From contig DASYKZ010000008.1 of NCBI GenBank assembly GCA_035994985.1, positions 3,643 to 67,642 on the forward strand: 64,000 nt of DNA, read 5' to 3'. Below are positions 17,115-28,152 of the stretch, in pieces. This DNA is from Minisyncoccota bacterium. Lineage in GTDB: Bacteria > Patescibacteriota > Minisyncoccia > Phycocordibacterales > UBA9973. Under the pieces are notes generated by a model. That model had not been told where the DNA came from. It saw only the letters and a list, made by a program, of their open reading frames with translations, and searched no databases. A program made the translations under genes and the position numbers. Numbering within the stretch: position 1 is the first letter of the stretch; every line of letters begins with the position of its first letter.

Positions 17115-18224
17115 TTGTGGTATTATATGTATATGTTTGACCAGGACAATAAGCATAACGGGGCAAATATTAATCATATTTCCATAACCACGGGCACGAT
17201 GATACGGGTCGCTTTGGTGGCTTTGGGCATATTCCTGCTCTGGTTTTTACGGGATTTAATACTTGTGATTTTGACTTCGATTGTTATTGCTTCTTTCGTG
17301 GAGTCTGCTGTTCCGCACTTTAAGAAATATGGCATCAACCGGGTGTTTGGAATCGTTCTTTTATATGGAGTTGTGCTCGGCATCGCCGGCGGGCTATTTT
17401 ACCTGTTCGCCCCGCTTCTCATTACCGAACTATATAATTTCTCCACATTTTTATCATCCTATATTCCGGGAGTGTCTTTGTTGAATTTTTTCCAAAACGA
17501 AGCGTTCTCCGGCGCCAAAGAAATCGTCGGCAGCTTGTCTGGAGGCTTTTCTCTGGCCGGCCTTATGTCCGTATCTAAAGCCTTCATCACAAATCTCTCG
17601 GGCGGATTCTTTCAGACATTCTCTGTGCTGTTTGGCGGCTTATTTAACTTTATGCTCATAATTTTGATTTCCTTCTATCTTTCCATCCAAGAGCGCGGCA
17701 TAGAAAATTTTCTTCGGGTTATTTTTCCTATAAAATATGAAGATTATGCGGTGGACCTCTGGCAGCGTTCCCGCAAGAAAATTGCCCTATGGATAAAAGG
17801 CCAGCTTCTTCTCGGAGTGGTGGTGGGCGTGCTGGTATATCTGTCTTTGTCGCTCCTTGGTATCCAATACTCGCTCCTCTTGGCCCTGATTGCCGGCATC
17901 ATGGAGCTCGTGCCGTACGGAATGATAGTGTCACTCATTCCGGCTTTTGCGTTTTCTTACCTCTCAGGCGGCCTTTCGAGCGCGCTTCTGGTGTCCGGAG
18001 CGTATCTGATTATCCATGAATTTGAAGTCTTTCTGCTTGCTCCGCTGATTATAAACAAGGTAGTAGGCTTATCTCCTATTGTTATCATTTTATCTATTTT
18101 GGTTGGATTCGAACTGTCAGGTGTGTGGGGAGCAGTGCTCTCTATCCCCGTGGCTGTATGCGTGATGGAGTTTATGAATGACATTGAAAAAGATAAAATA
18201 ATCGCCCGAACGCAAAGCAGGTAA
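17115..18224 (+). CDS. AI-2E family transporter (PerM/UPF0118-like) membrane protein
   Basis: 369 aa, ~8 TM helices, typical N-terminal MIRVALVALGIFLLWFLRDL topology. Confidence 0.65.
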   Translation: MWYYMYMFDQDNKHNGANINHISITTGTMIRVALVALGIFLLWFLRDLILVILTSIVIASFVESAVPHFKKYGINRVFGIVLLYGVVLGIAGGLFYLFAPLLITELYNFSTFLSSYIPGVSLLNFFQNEAFSGAKEIVGSLSGGFSLAGLMSVSKAFITNLSGGFFQTFSVLFGGLFNFMLIILISFYLSIQERGIENFLRVIFPIKYEDYAVDLWQRSRKKIALWIKGQLLLGVVVGVLVYLSLSLLGIQYSLLLALIAGIMELVPYGMIVSLIPAFAFSYLSGGLSSALLVSGAYLIIHEFEVFLLAPLIINKVVGLSPIVIILSILVGFELSGVWGAVLSIPVAVCVMEFMNDIEKDKIIARTQSR

Positions 18225-18228
18225 TATT

Positions 18229-19707
18229 ATGACAAGCGAGACAAGTAAGAAAAGTTTCTATATTACTACTACAATTCCATATGTGAACGCAGACCCTCAT
18301 ATTGGCTTCGCGCTGGAGCTCGTACAGTCTGACGCTATGGCCAGATGGAAACGTCTGAGAGGCGAAGAAGTTTTTTTTAGCACAGGTACTGATGAGTACG
18401 GCCAGAAGATTTGGGAGGCGAGCGAGAAACAAGGTATGCCTGTCCAAGAATATGTAGACCATTACGCGCAAAAATTTCTGGACCTCAAAAAACTACTCAA
18501 TCTTTCGACTGATAATTTTATCAGGACTACGAGCGGGCAAAACATACAGGCGGCGCAGGAGCTTTGGCGGCTGTGCGATGCGAAGGGTGATATTTATAAA
18601 TCAAAATACACAGGACTGTATTGCGTTGGGTGTGAGACATTTTATACAGAAAAAGATTTAATAGACGGCAAATGCCCGATACACCTTGTTCCAGTGGAAA
18701 AAATTGAAGAAGAAAATTATTTTTTCAAGCTGACTAATTATAGGGAGCAAATCCTAAAATATTTTGAAAACAAAGGGTCAATTTTGCCGGAGTGGCGACG
18801 GCTAGAAGCGATTAAATTTGTGGAGCGGGACATGGAGGACTTTTCAATTTCCCGCAGTTCTAAAAGGGTTTCTTGGGGCATACCTGTCGTCGGAGACGAT
18901 ACACAGGTAATGTATGTGTGGTTTGGGGCCCTGGTAAACTATATTTCCACGCTCGGATGGCCCTTTGCTTCCGCTCAAGACTTTCGGCCCGAAACAGACC
19001 AAATAAATAATTTTGAAAAATTTTGGACGAATGGTTTTACAGTGCAAACTGCGGGAAAAGACATGGTGAAATTCCAGTCTGTGATGTGGCAGGGGATGCT
19101 GTTGTCTGCAGGACTCGCTCCTACCGACCAAGTAGTGTACCACGGGTTTATTACCGGCGAGGGCGGGATAAAAATGTCCAAGTCTCTCGGCAATGTAATC
19201 AATCCAAGTGAAATTGTACAAGAATACGGCACAGATGCGCTCCGGTATTTTTTGCTCCGTGAAATTTCTCCGTTTGAGGACAGCCCTTTTACCATGGAGC
19301 GATTTAAGGATGCATACAATTCAGGCCTGGCAAACGGGCTTGGAAATTTGGCTTCTCGAATTTTAACTTTGTCAGAAAAATATCTAGAACAGTGTCCTCC
19401 AATTCCGGAGCATTCTATCCCCGAGGAATTTAAAGACTTGCTCGGTAAATTTGAAATTCAAAAAGCGGTAAATTTTATATGGAATGAAATAGGCGAATTA
19501 GATAGATTTATTCAGGAAACAGAGCCGTTTAAAGTGATAAAAGTAGATGAGACAAAAGGTAAAAAATTAATTTCTGAAATGGTTCTGCGCCTGTACACGA
19601 TAGCCAGAATGTTAAATCCAATAATGCCGGAGACAAACGTGACTCTAAAAAAACTCATCAAAGAAAACAAAAAGCCGGACAAGCCGCTTTTCTTGAGAAA
19701 AGAATAA
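18229..19707 (+). CDS. metG: methionine--tRNA ligase (short form without C-terminal tRNA-binding domain)
   Basis: YITTTIPYVNADPHIGFA (HIGH region), CxxC zinc knuckles, KMSKSLGN. Confidence 0.9.
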   Translation: MTSETSKKSFYITTTIPYVNADPHIGFALELVQSDAMARWKRLRGEEVFFSTGTDEYGQKIWEASEKQGMPVQEYVDHYAQKFLDLKKLLNLSTDNFIRTTSGQNIQAAQELWRLCDAKGDIYKSKYTGLYCVGCETFYTEKDLIDGKCPIHLVPVEKIEEENYFFKLTNYREQILKYFENKGSILPEWRRLEAIKFVERDMEDFSISRSSKRVSWGIPVVGDDTQVMYVWFGALVNYISTLGWPFASAQDFRPETDQINNFEKFWTNGFTVQTAGKDMVKFQSVMWQGMLLSAGLAPTDQVVYHGFITGEGGIKMSKSLGNVINPSEIVQEYGTDALRYFLLREISPFEDSPFTMERFKDAYNSGLANGLGNLASRILTLSEKYLEQCPPIPEHSIPEEFKDLLGKFEIQKAVNFIWNEIGELDRFIQETEPFKVIKVDETKGKKLISEMVLRLYTIARMLNPIMPETNVTLKKLIKENKKPDKPLFLRKE

Positions 19708-19708
19708 T

Positions 19709-20056
19709 ATGAAAAATCAACCACTAGAAAATTCACAACCTAGATTTAAAGAAACCCCAGAGTCTATTAAAGTTGGGGATATTTTGAAGTATCATTCGGA
19801 AGACGGAGGATATTTTACTAATCAATTTGGTTTTAGGATAGATACAATCCCAGTAAAGGCTCGAGTTAAAGTATATCCAGCTTCTAGTCCTCTTAATTAC
19901 ATTGGCGATAATAAACAGCTTGAAGGGGTAATCCTATTTAAGGATGGTAAAACACTTTTTAATTTAGAATCAAAAATGCATAGTGCTTCTCCAGTACATT
20001 ATCAAGAATCTAAGTTTTTTAATGGAGATGGAATTGAAATAATTGGTTTGCTTTAA
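19709..20056 (+). CDS. hypothetical protein
   Basis: 115 aa ORF translationally coupled to metG stop. Confidence 0.35.
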   Translation: MKNQPLENSQPRFKETPESIKVGDILKYHSEDGGYFTNQFGFRIDTIPVKARVKVYPASSPLNYIGDNKQLEGVILFKDGKTLFNLESKMHSASPVHYQESKFFNGDGIEIIGLL

Positions 20057-20068
20057 TATATTAAAATT

Positions 20069-20926
20069 ATGAAATACATAGACATCCATTCGCACGTAAA
20101 CTTCAAAGCCTTTGACGAGGATAGGGATGAGGTCATGAAGCGTGCCTTGGAAAATGACACCTGGGTCATCAACGTCGGCACACAGATAGATACCGCGCGG
20201 AAAGCTGTCGAAATGACAGGGCAGTATCCGGAAGGCGTGTATGCCATCATCGGCCTCCATCCAATACATACTGGAGCTTCATACCACAATGAAAAAGAAC
20301 TTGGCGAAGGCGGAAAGGAGTTTGTATCTCGCGGTGAGGTTTTCGACAAGCAAGCATATAGAGAGCTTTTGAAAAATCCTAAAGTTTTAGGGATAGGCGA
20401 ATGCGGGCTCGATTATTACCGGATGGATGAGGAATCCATTGCTACGCAGAAAGAAGCATTTATAGCCCAGATAGAGCTTGCCAACGAGGTAAACAAGCCG
20501 ATGATGCTGCACATCCGGAATAACCAAAAACAAGAATTAATCACAGGCAAGGAAGGCGCTCCCAATGCGTATTTTGATGCGCTGGATTTACTGAAAAAAC
20601 ATTGCAAGGTCAAAGGCGACGTGCATTTTTTTGCAGGAGGGCTAGAGGAAGCTAAAGCATTTCTGGATTTTGGCTTTACGTTATCGTTTACAGGAGTCAT
20701 TACCTTTACCACGGACTATGATGAAGTCATAAGAAATACACCGCTCGATATGCTAATGACGGAGACAGACTGCCCGTATGTGACCCCGGTGCCGTACCGC
20801 GGCAAGCGCAACGAACCCATATATGTGAGGGAAGTAGTCAAAAAAATAGCCCTTGTGAAAGGCTTGCCCGAAGATGAAGTGGCACAGGCAATCATCGCAA
20901 ACGCCAAGCGGGTTTTTAAAATCTAG
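20069..20926 (+). CDS. tatD: TatD family metal-dependent hydrolase/DNase
   Basis: IDIHSHV start, GECGLDYY, HxR and TDCPY motifs of TatD. Confidence 0.85.
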   Translation: MKYIDIHSHVNFKAFDEDRDEVMKRALENDTWVINVGTQIDTARKAVEMTGQYPEGVYAIIGLHPIHTGASYHNEKELGEGGKEFVSRGEVFDKQAYRELLKNPKVLGIGECGLDYYRMDEESIATQKEAFIAQIELANEVNKPMMLHIRNNQKQELITGKEGAPNAYFDALDLLKKHCKVKGDVHFFAGGLEEAKAFLDFGFTLSFTGVITFTTDYDEVIRNTPLDMLMTETDCPYVTPVPYRGKRNEPIYVREVVKKIALVKGLPEDEVAQAIIANAKRVFKI

Positions 20927-21645
20927 ATTTTTGGAGTTTTCTTAACTACTATGTTAGGTTCAAGCCCTCTTTTTATACTGATTTTAATACTTAACTTATT
21001 CTCTAATTCAGCTAAAGTATCATCTGAAATTTCCTCTTCGTAACCATGATAACCACCTTTTATGCTAGCTATGCCATTTGGTTTTAATTTAGAAGAAATT
21101 ATGGTTAAATAATTTTCAAAGGCCTTTGCTTTTTCTTGTGAAGTTGAATTTCTATGTTTTTCGTAGACATCATAGTAATATTCTCCATAGGTATCAATTA
21201 TCAAATCAAACTCTTCACAATTTGACAGTTGTTTGATAGAACGCCACTTGAGATCCCTGGGATTTAATTTTTCACTAACTTTGTGGTAATTTTCATTTCT
21301 CAATTGCTTTCTTTCATTTTTTACAGCTTGTTTTGAGAGACCAGTTGAATAGACTATTACCTTATCTGGGAAAGATTGCCTTATTTTTTCTGCAAAAAGA
21401 CTTAACCCTCCTCCGACGTCCAAAATTCTAACTTTTTCGCCATTTTGTTTTTTTGCGATTAAATCTGGAATTATTTTTGTTATAAATGCCAAATTGTGTT
21501 CTAAATCTATTGTAACTCTATGACGGTTATGAATGTATTCATAACCTGTTTCCTTAGATTCCGATTGGTTAACAGAAGCTTTCCATCCCAAAGCTTCTTT
21601 CTTTATTTCTGCTTCAGGTAAGAATTTTTCTCCTTTAAATTTCAT
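20923..21645 (-). CDS. class I SAM-dependent methyltransferase
   Basis: motif I ILDVGGGLS, Rossmann-like layout. Confidence 0.6.
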   Translation of the reverse strand: MKFKGEKFLPEAEIKKEALGWKASVNQSESKETGYEYIHNRHRVTIDLEHNLAFITKIIPDLIAKKQNGEKVRILDVGGGLSLFAEKIRQSFPDKVIVYSTGLSKQAVKNERKQLRNENYHKVSEKLNPRDLKWRSIKQLSNCEEFDLIIDTYGEYYYDVYEKHRNSTSQEKAKAFENYLTIISSKLKPNGIASIKGGYHGYEEEISDDTLAELENKLSIKISIKRGLEPNIVVKKTPKI

Positions 21646-21720
21646 AACTAGTTAAGTATATCATAGGTATCTAAGGCGCAAAGTTTGCCTTTTTAAGGCA
21701 TTTTTGATAGTATAAGATTC

Positions 21721-22227
21721 ATGTCCAAAGCTGAAAACACGAGCGACGAAAACGAAATAAAAGAAGACTTAAACGGGCGAGTATACGAACTCGGCTACCT
21801 TTTGGTGCCTACCCTCGCGGCGGAAAACATCACTGCCGTGTACGGTGACCTAAAGGACCTCATTACTTCAAAATTTAAAGGTGAAATCATCGCGGATGAT
21901 ATGCCAAAGACCATGACTCTGGCGTATCCTATGCTGAAAGTCGTCTCAAACGTGCGCAGCAAATTTGACAATGCCTATTTCGGCTGGGTAAAATTCACTA
22001 TGAGCCCTGAAGAAATCTTGGAACTAAAGAAGCATCTCGACCTTGATATAAACATGATTCGGTTCCTCCTTATAAAGACAGTAAAGGAAAATACAATCGC
22101 TACAAAGAGGTTCGTAGCCCGTGGAGGACTAAAGCGGACATTTACTCCTAGAAAATCAGACGAAGTTACGGCTCCGATAAACAAAGAGGAAGTGGATAAG
22201 GAAATTGATGCGCTTATAGCACCATAA
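21721..22227 (+). CDS. rpsF: 30S ribosomal protein S6 (with N- and C-terminal extensions)
   Basis: YELGYLLVP...LAYPM pattern; gene order rpsF-ssb-rpsR. Confidence 0.7.
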   Translation: MSKAENTSDENEIKEDLNGRVYELGYLLVPTLAAENITAVYGDLKDLITSKFKGEIIADDMPKTMTLAYPMLKVVSNVRSKFDNAYFGWVKFTMSPEEILELKKHLDLDINMIRFLLIKTVKENTIATKRFVARGGLKRTFTPRKSDEVTAPINKEEVDKEIDALIAP

Positions 22228-22231
22228 TAGT

Positions 22232-22684
22232 ATGTATTTAAACAAAGCAATTTTAATAGGAAACCTGACCCGCGACCCAGAACTGAAGTCCCTGCCTTCC
22301 GGCATCAAAGTGTGTTCATTTTCCCTGGCTACCAACCGTGTCTGGAAAGACAAATCCGGCACCCGCCAAGAATCCGCTGACTATCACAATGTCGTAGTAT
22401 TCGGACGGCAGGCAGAAACAGTCGCCCAATATATGAAAAAGGGAAGCTCAATATTAGTGGAAGGCCGGATGCAGACGAGGAGCTGGGATGACAAGACAAG
22501 CGGAGAAAAGAAATACCGTACTGAAATCATTGCCGACCGCACACAGTTTGGACCAAGAGGCGGAGCGACGACAGGAGGCGCGCCAAGCGGGGGACAAAGT
22601 TCTTCGGCAAAATCCAACTCTGAAGATATAGATTCTATAGAATACCCCGAAGAAGACATTAGCCCGGAAGACATTCCATTTTAA
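22232..22684 (+). CDS. ssb: single-stranded DNA-binding protein
   Basis: OB-fold NKAILIGNLTRDPEL..., Gly/Ser-rich linker, acidic C-terminal tail ending DIPF. Confidence 0.85.
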   Translation: MYLNKAILIGNLTRDPELKSLPSGIKVCSFSLATNRVWKDKSGTRQESADYHNVVVFGRQAETVAQYMKKGSSILVEGRMQTRSWDDKTSGEKKYRTEIIADRTQFGPRGGATTGGAPSGGQSSSAKSNSEDIDSIEYPEEDISPEDIPF

Positions 22685-22703
22685 TAATTATTCGTAAAAT
22701 CAA

Positions 22704-22904
22704 ATGAAACAAGATTACTTTTCAGCCAACAATATAAAATATATAGACTACAAGGATATAGACATCTTAAAGCGTTTTTTGAACCCAAGCGGTAAAATCA
22801 TGAGCCACAAGAGGACAGGGGTAACGGCTAAAAACCAGCGTCAACTGACCGCAGCCATCAAGCACGCCCGCTTCCTAGGCTTACTTCCTTTCGTTATAAA
22901 ATAG
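22704..22904 (+). CDS. rpsR: 30S ribosomal protein S18
   Basis: [50 protein letters not shown]. Confidence 0.85.
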   Translation: MKQDYFSANNIKYIDYKDIDILKRFLNPSGKIMSHKRTGVTAKNQRQLTAAIKHARFLGLLPFVIK

Positions 22905-22910
22905 ACAAAA

Positions 22911-22941
22911 CAAAAAATCCCCTTTCTGAGGGGATTTTTTT
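22911..22941. terminator. bidirectional intrinsic terminator between rpsR (+) and efp (-)
   Basis: aaaaaatcccctttctgaggggattttttt: A-run, 5-bp GC stem, T-run. Confidence 0.7.
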
Positions 22942-22988
22942 ATACTCGCTCGGCCCAGAATATTACTATATTCTGGATCTCAAGGGCC

Positions 22989-23567
22989 TTACGCCCTTTC
23001 GACATACTCACCGGTTTCGGTATTGAGGCGGATGGTGTCTCCTTCGTTTATAAACATGGGAGCGTTCAAGGCTGTACCGTTTTCAAGGATTATTACCTTG
23101 ATGCCTCCTTTTGAAGTATCTCCGCGTACGGCAGGCGGAGCTTCTTTCACTTTAAATTCCATCTTAATCGGCAGGGTAATTTTAATTATTTTCTCTTCGT
23201 CATTATCGTCCCAGACGAGGGCAGTGACATTGCCATTTTGCTTTAAGAATTTTCCGGCAGCACCGATTAAATTTCCAGCCAATTTAAATCTATTGCTTTT
23301 ATCTTCCGGGTCACAAAACCAATATTCGTCTTTAGCGCTGTATAAAAATGTGATTTCTTTCTTTTCTATGTCTGCCTCGTCCGCCATATCAGATACATGA
23401 AAGGTCGCCGCTATCGTCTTACCAGAGATTAAACTCTTTAGCTTTACCTGGTTTTGCGGTTTGCGTTGCTGTGTTCTCGCGACATGGCTTTCTACCACTT
23501 CACAAGGTTCATTGCTATATATAATTATTTTTTTCTCCCGAATTTCGCTGTATTCTAGTTTAGCCAT
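22989..23567 (-). CDS. efp: elongation factor P
   Basis: 192 aa; KPGKG-like loop region and three OB domains pattern. Confidence 0.85.
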   Translation of the reverse strand: MAKLEYSEIREKKIIIYSNEPCEVVESHVARTQQRKPQNQVKLKSLISGKTIAATFHVSDMADEADIEKKEITFLYSAKDEYWFCDPEDKSNRFKLAGNLIGAAGKFLKQNGNVTALVWDDNDEEKIIKITLPIKMEFKVKEAPPAVRGDTSKGGIKVIILENGTALNAPMFINEGDTIRLNTETGEYVERA

Positions 23568-23639
23568 AATGGATATATTATCAGAAAATTCAATAAAATC
23601 AACCTCTATAAATATAAAATCTATGTTAAAATATTATCT

Positions 23640-24137
23640 ATGGATAAAAAGAATATCTATATTGACGGAAATAATTTATATCGCGGAGCTAAAGAGCTTG
23701 GATTCGAAATTGACTATAAAAAATTTAGAGGCTGGCTTCGTCAAAAATATAATCCTAATAAGATTTATTTGTTTATCGGACTTGTTCCAGATAGAGTAAA
23801 ATTTTATCAATATCTTCAAGAATGTGGATTTATTTTAATTTTCAAACAAACAATTTCTATTGATGGAAAAGTAAAAGGCAACTGCGACGCGGAACTTGTT
23901 TTAAAGACTGTCTCTGATTTTTATAAAAAGGAATTTACCGCTTGTGTGCTAGCAACTGGAGATGGTGATTTTGGGTGTCTTGTTGAATTCTTAAGAGAAG
24001 AAGAAATATCAGTTGGAGTTTTGGCGCCTAATAAAAATAAATGTTCTTTTCTTCTTCGTAATAAAAGTGGAATTGACCTTACGTTTCTAAATGAGCATTA
24101 CCATAAGTTTTCAGTGAAAATTAAAGGATATTTTTAG
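23640..24137 (+). CDS. NYN-domain (LabA/DUF88-like) putative RNase
   Basis: IYIDGNNLYRG and ATGDGDFGCLV motifs of NYN/PIN-like fold. Confidence 0.6.
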   Translation: MDKKNIYIDGNNLYRGAKELGFEIDYKKFRGWLRQKYNPNKIYLFIGLVPDRVKFYQYLQECGFILIFKQTISIDGKVKGNCDAELVLKTVSDFYKKEFTACVLATGDGDFGCLVEFLREEEISVGVLAPNKNKCSFLLRNKSGIDLTFLNEHYHKFSVKIKGYF

Positions 24138-24268
24138 GAGCTTAAAAGAAAAAGCCCCCGATGCAGACGTATCTACACAAGGGTCTTCTTCATAGTTATA
24201 CTTTAAATTATATACCAACATTTGCTTATATGCAAGTACATTTAGTCATCTAAGTTTTACACGTTTTC

Positions 24269-25372
24269 TTACGCCTCCTCCGCAAATTTCTTTTTGATTT
24301 CTTTCAAGATTTGGTCTCCGGTTTTTTTATTTTCCCGCAGGAATTTCCGGGTGGCATCGTAGCCCACACCGAGTTTTACTTTTGATTCTGCAGAATCATG
24401 CCGCGCACTGTCCTTTGAAGCGCGGCCCTCTCCGGCAGGGAGGTACGAATATGTATTACCACTTTTTTCTACAATTTTAAATTTCTCTCCGAGCGCCAGT
24501 ATCTCTCCTTCTCTGGATATGCCTTCATTATAAATGATATCAAATTCTGTCTGCTTGAAAGGCGCGGCGACTTTGTTTTTCACCACCTTTACGCGGGTCC
24601 GGCTTCCCACCACTTCTTCTCCTTTTTTTATCTGGGCAATTTTTCGGATATCCAGGCGGACAGAAGTATAAAATTTCAAAGCCTTTCCTCCTGGGGTCGT
24701 TTCCGGATTGCCGAACATTACTCCGATTTGCATCCTGATTTGGTTGATGAAGATGACCACAGTCTTGGAGCGAGCTACTATGGCGGTGAGCTTGCGGAGC
24801 GCCTGGGACATGAGCCGGGCTTGCTTGCCCACATGATACGCGCCCATGTCGCCCTCTATTTCATCTTTTGGAGTGAGCGCGGCCACAGAGTCTACGACGA
24901 TGACGTCGATTTTCCCCGTGCGCACGAGTGATTCCACTATTTCAAGCGCCTGCTCGCCGTTGTCCGGCTGGGAAATGAGCAGGTTGTTTATATTTACTCC
25001 TAGCTTCTTGGTGTAGTCCGGGTCCATCGCATGTTCGGCGTCTATGTACGCACACACGCCGCCAGCTTTCTGGGCTTCGGCTACTATATGCAAAGATAGA
25101 GTAGTCTTGCCGGAAGATTCCGGTCCGAATATCTCAATGATTCTGCCTCGCGGTATTCCGCCCACTCCGAGAGCCATGTCGAGGCCGATAGAGCCGGTCG
25201 AGATGACATTGATGTCTACTTTCGGCGAATCGCCGAATTTCATTATGGACCCTTCTCCAAATTTAGTTTGGATTGATTTTAGGGTGTCTTCTAACGCATT
25301 TACCCCCACAGTTTTGTCTTCCTTTTTTTCTTTCTTCTTTTGCATGTGATTTTGCGAAATCATGCCGCGCAA
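24269..25372 (-). CDS. recA: recombinase RecA
   Basis: Walker [11 protein letters not shown]1/L2 loop regions, full-length 367 aa. Confidence 0.95.
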   Translation of the reverse strand: MRGMISQNHMQKKKEKKEDKTVGVNALEDTLKSIQTKFGEGSIMKFGDSPKVDINVISTGSIGLDMALGVGGIPRGRIIEIFGPESSGKTTLSLHIVAEAQKAGGVCAYIDAEHAMDPDYTKKLGVNINNLLISQPDNGEQALEIVESLVRTGKIDVIVVDSVAALTPKDEIEGDMGAYHVGKQARLMSQALRKLTAIVARSKTVVIFINQIRMQIGVMFGNPETTPGGKALKFYTSVRLDIRKIAQIKKGEEVVGSRTRVKVVKNKVAAPFKQTEFDIIYNEGISREGEILALGEKFKIVEKSGNTYSYLPAGEGRASKDSARHDSAESKVKLGVGYDATRKFLRENKKTGDQILKEIKKKFAEEA

Positions 25373-25379
25373 TCGTCGA

Positions 25380-25754
25380 TTAAGGCGCGGCTACTTCGTG
25401 GATTAATTGATAATTCTTTTCATCTATATAGCCAAACTTGTCTCTGGCCGTTATGTTCATTATATTATATCCCGGAAGAAGGGCAATTGTCTCGTTGAAG
25501 TTTCCGCTCTGGTCTACAGATATTTCCCGGCCGTTCATGCTCAAATGTATCGCATTTTTAGCAACTCCAGAGACTTGCATCACGCTTTCGGGGATTGTGG
25601 CGCCTGATTGCAGGGCTGCCTCGTTCACGCGCACGTTTTTAATTTTTACCCCAAATACCAGGTCGTAAGAGCGGAAAAAAGCAAAGACAATTATAATCAA
25701 AAAGAATGCTGAAATACTGCCTATCTTTAGTACCCTTTTCGCATTAATGTTCAT
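25380..25754 (-). CDS. membrane-anchored hypothetical protein
   Basis: 124 aa, N-terminal TM helix, downstream of ftsK in same orientation. Confidence 0.35.
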   Translation of the reverse strand: MNINAKRVLKIGSISAFFLIIIVFAFFRSYDLVFGVKIKNVRVNEAALQSGATIPESVMQVSGVAKNAIHLSMNGREISVDQSGNFNETIALLPGYNIMNITARDKFGYIDEKNYQLIHEVAAP

Positions 25755-25845
25755 CCCGTTAGAAATAGGAAATGCTCTGCATTTCCGTAGTTATGTAACT
25801 TTTTGTAATATTTTTAATCATGGGATTTCTAACGGGATTCATTTC

Positions 25846-28101
25846 CTACAAAATATTTTCTCCCGTCTCTGTCCGTTCAATTTTCTCCAGCACTTCTCTT
25901 GGCTTGGCGCCGTCGCCGGGGCCGATGACCCCGCGCTCTTCCAGCTTGTCCATCAGCCTCGCCGCCCGGGCATAGCCGAGCTTTAATTTTCTTTGCAGGT
26001 ACGAGGTAGACGCCTTGCCGGCTTCTATCACGCAGGCTCTCGCTTCTTCATACATCTCATCATCGTCTTCAGCATCTCCATCAAGCGTGCTTTCAAAAAT
26101 ACTCTTGTCGGACATTACCGAGCTGGCAGAAAGGGATATTTCTTCGGATATTTCATCCCGGTACGCATCGGCCAGATATTTCACTACCTTCTTTACTTCG
26201 CCTTCAGATATAAACGCAGACTGAAGCCGTTCTGGCTGGGCTTCTCCCGACGAGTAAAGCATGTCTCCGGCGCCCAAAAGCTTTTCAGCGCCGCCGGCAT
26301 CCAGAATAGTGCGTGAATCTATCTGGGAAGACACTTTCAAGGCCACCCGGGCAGGGACGTTGGCCTTTATCAAGCCTGTAATGACATTTACTTCCGGGCG
26401 CTGGGTAGAGAGCACGAGATGGATGCCGACAGCCCGCGACATTTGGGCCAAGCGGACTATTGCCGATTCGAGCTCTCTCGGGTACGTACTCATGATATCC
26501 GCGAGCTCGTCTATGACGATGACTATGTATGGCATGCGGTCGTTTGCTACTTCTTCTTCCACGCCCTCAGAGTTCTTTTTCATTTTCTTTGGAGTCTTAC
26601 TATACACAGTATTGTGGTAAGACTCGATGTCCCGCACGGATTCTGCTTCTAGGATGTCGTATCTGCGGTCCATCTCTTTCGCCGCCCATTTCAAGGCCAG
26701 AATTGTTTTCTTGGCCTCAGTAATTACAGGGGTAAGCAGGTGGGGGATATTGTTGTACAGAGTCAGCTCCACCCGCTTTGGGTCTATCAATATGAATTTC
26801 AAATCATCCGGACCGTTCCTATATAAGAGGGAAGTAATCATAGAGTGGATGGTTACCGACTTTCCGGAGCCGGTAGTTCCCGCGACGAGCACGTGAGGCA
26901 TCTTTGCCAAGTTGCCAAAGATTGCCTTGCCGGAAATACTGCGGCCGAGGGCGGTCGTCAGCGGTTTTGGAGAATCTTTAAACTTCGTGTCAGAGAGAAG
27001 GGTAGCCAGGCCGACGATAGACTTGGATTTGTTTGGAATCTCAATGCCGACGAGCGACTTGCCCGGAATCGGCGCTTCAATGCGGATAGGGTGCGCCGCG
27101 AGCGACAAAGCCAAATCATTTTGCAGGCCGACGATGCGGGAGAGCTTTACTCCCTCCGCCGGCTTGAGCGCGTAGCGGGTAACTGTCGGTCCCACGGTTA
27201 TTTCGTCCATCTCCACTTCTATGCCAAAGTTTGCCAAGGTGCGCTTGATGATATTTGCATTGGCTTTGATGTCGCCGGTGTTTGGCTTGCCGGAATCTTC
27301 TTCGAGAAGCGAGAGCGGAGGAGGAACGTAATTAGTGTTTAGATGAGAAGTTCTAGGTTTTAGTTTTTTAAATTCAATTTCATCATCGTCTTCTGTTTTG
27401 TTTTTTACAATTCCTAAAGCGCCTTTTACTTTTTCCATGGTTGTGGTTGACTCCGGCTGCGGCTCTTCAATCTCTTTTGGCTCCTCTTCATCTGATTCTG
27501 GAGAATCATCCCCGACAGCCTCAAGTGACTCTTTCGCAAAGATTGATTTAATTCTTTCAAAAATTTGCCCAAAATCTATCTTTGCGTCAAACATTACCAA
27601 AATTGAAATTATTAAAATTGCCCCGAGGAAAACAATACTGGCATATACATCAAAAAGGCTCACAAAAGGCATAGACGAAATTTCTCCCAAGAATCCGCCG
27701 GCGTGCGTGGTGGAAGCAGACGAACTGCTCATAGAAGAACCAGAACCGATGTCTATCATTCCGAGAGATGAGAGGAGAAATAAAATACCGCTGGCCACCC
27801 GCGTCCAGCCGATGTTCGGCACCTCTGATTTTATAAACGAGTAGCCGAGTAAAATAAAAAGTATAGGCAAGAGTATGTAGCCGACACCGAGGAGGGGCAA
27901 GAAGAGGGTGCTGTAAAAAAAGTCTCCGGCGACGCCGGCCATACCTACCCATGCCATTAAAAAAAATACCGCTAAAACAAAAAAAACTATTCCGATTATC
28001 CCATGCTTGGTGTGAGTTTTCAGTCCGAAAGTATAATCCCGGGCCGGGGTATTTTCCCTGTTTTTTTCTCTTGCCTTTTGCTTAGATTTCTTTTTCGCCA
28101 T
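25846..28101 (-). CDS. ftsK: DNA translocase FtsK/SpoIIIE
   Basis: N-terminal TM helices, linker, motor domain with GTTGSGKSV Walker A, C-terminal gamma winged helix (SYLQRKLKLGYARAARLMDKLEERGV). Confidence 0.9.
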   Translation of the reverse strand: MAKKKSKQKAREKNRENTPARDYTFGLKTHTKHGIIGIVFFVLAVFFLMAWVGMAGVAGDFFYSTLFLPLLGVGYILLPILFILLGYSFIKSEVPNIGWTRVASGILFLLSSLGMIDIGSGSSMSSSSASTTHAGGFLGEISSMPFVSLFDVYASIVFLGAILIISILVMFDAKIDFGQIFERIKSIFAKESLEAVGDDSPESDEEEPKEIEEPQPESTTTMEKVKGALGIVKNKTEDDDEIEFKKLKPRTSHLNTNYVPPPLSLLEEDSGKPNTGDIKANANIIKRTLANFGIEVEMDEITVGPTVTRYALKPAEGVKLSRIVGLQNDLALSLAAHPIRIEAPIPGKSLVGIEIPNKSKSIVGLATLLSDTKFKDSPKPLTTALGRSISGKAIFGNLAKMPHVLVAGTTGSGKSVTIHSMITSLLYRNGPDDLKFILIDPKRVELTLYNNIPHLLTPVITEAKKTILALKWAAKEMDRRYDILEAESVRDIESYHNTVYSKTPKKMKKNSEGVEEEVANDRMPYIVIVIDELADIMSTYPRELESAIVRLAQMSRAVGIHLVLSTQRPEVNVITGLIKANVPARVALKVSSQIDSRTILDAGGAEKLLGAGDMLYSSGEAQPERLQSAFISEGEVKKVVKYLADAYRDEISEEISLSASSVMSDKSIFESTLDGDAEDDDEMYEEARACVIEAGKASTSYLQRKLKLGYARAARLMDKLEERGVIGPGDGAKPREVLEKIERTETGENIL

Positions 28102-28120
28102 TGGTCTATTTTAGCATGGG

Positions 28121-28148
28121 CTAGGCATTAGGCGCTAGGCTTTAGGCA
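28121..28148. repeat. four tandem heptamers TAGGCNN (TAGGCAT TAGGCGC TAGGCTT TAGGCAG) in ftsK upstream region
   Basis: direct reading; related 26-nt motif recurs inside 23S intron 2 at 44189-44216. Confidence 0.7.
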
Positions 28149-28152
28149 GTAA

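Noticed and set aside
28121-28148. TTAGGC units (nematode telomere-like) in the heptamer array
   Set aside because: Coincidental resemblance. Bacterial context, only two units.
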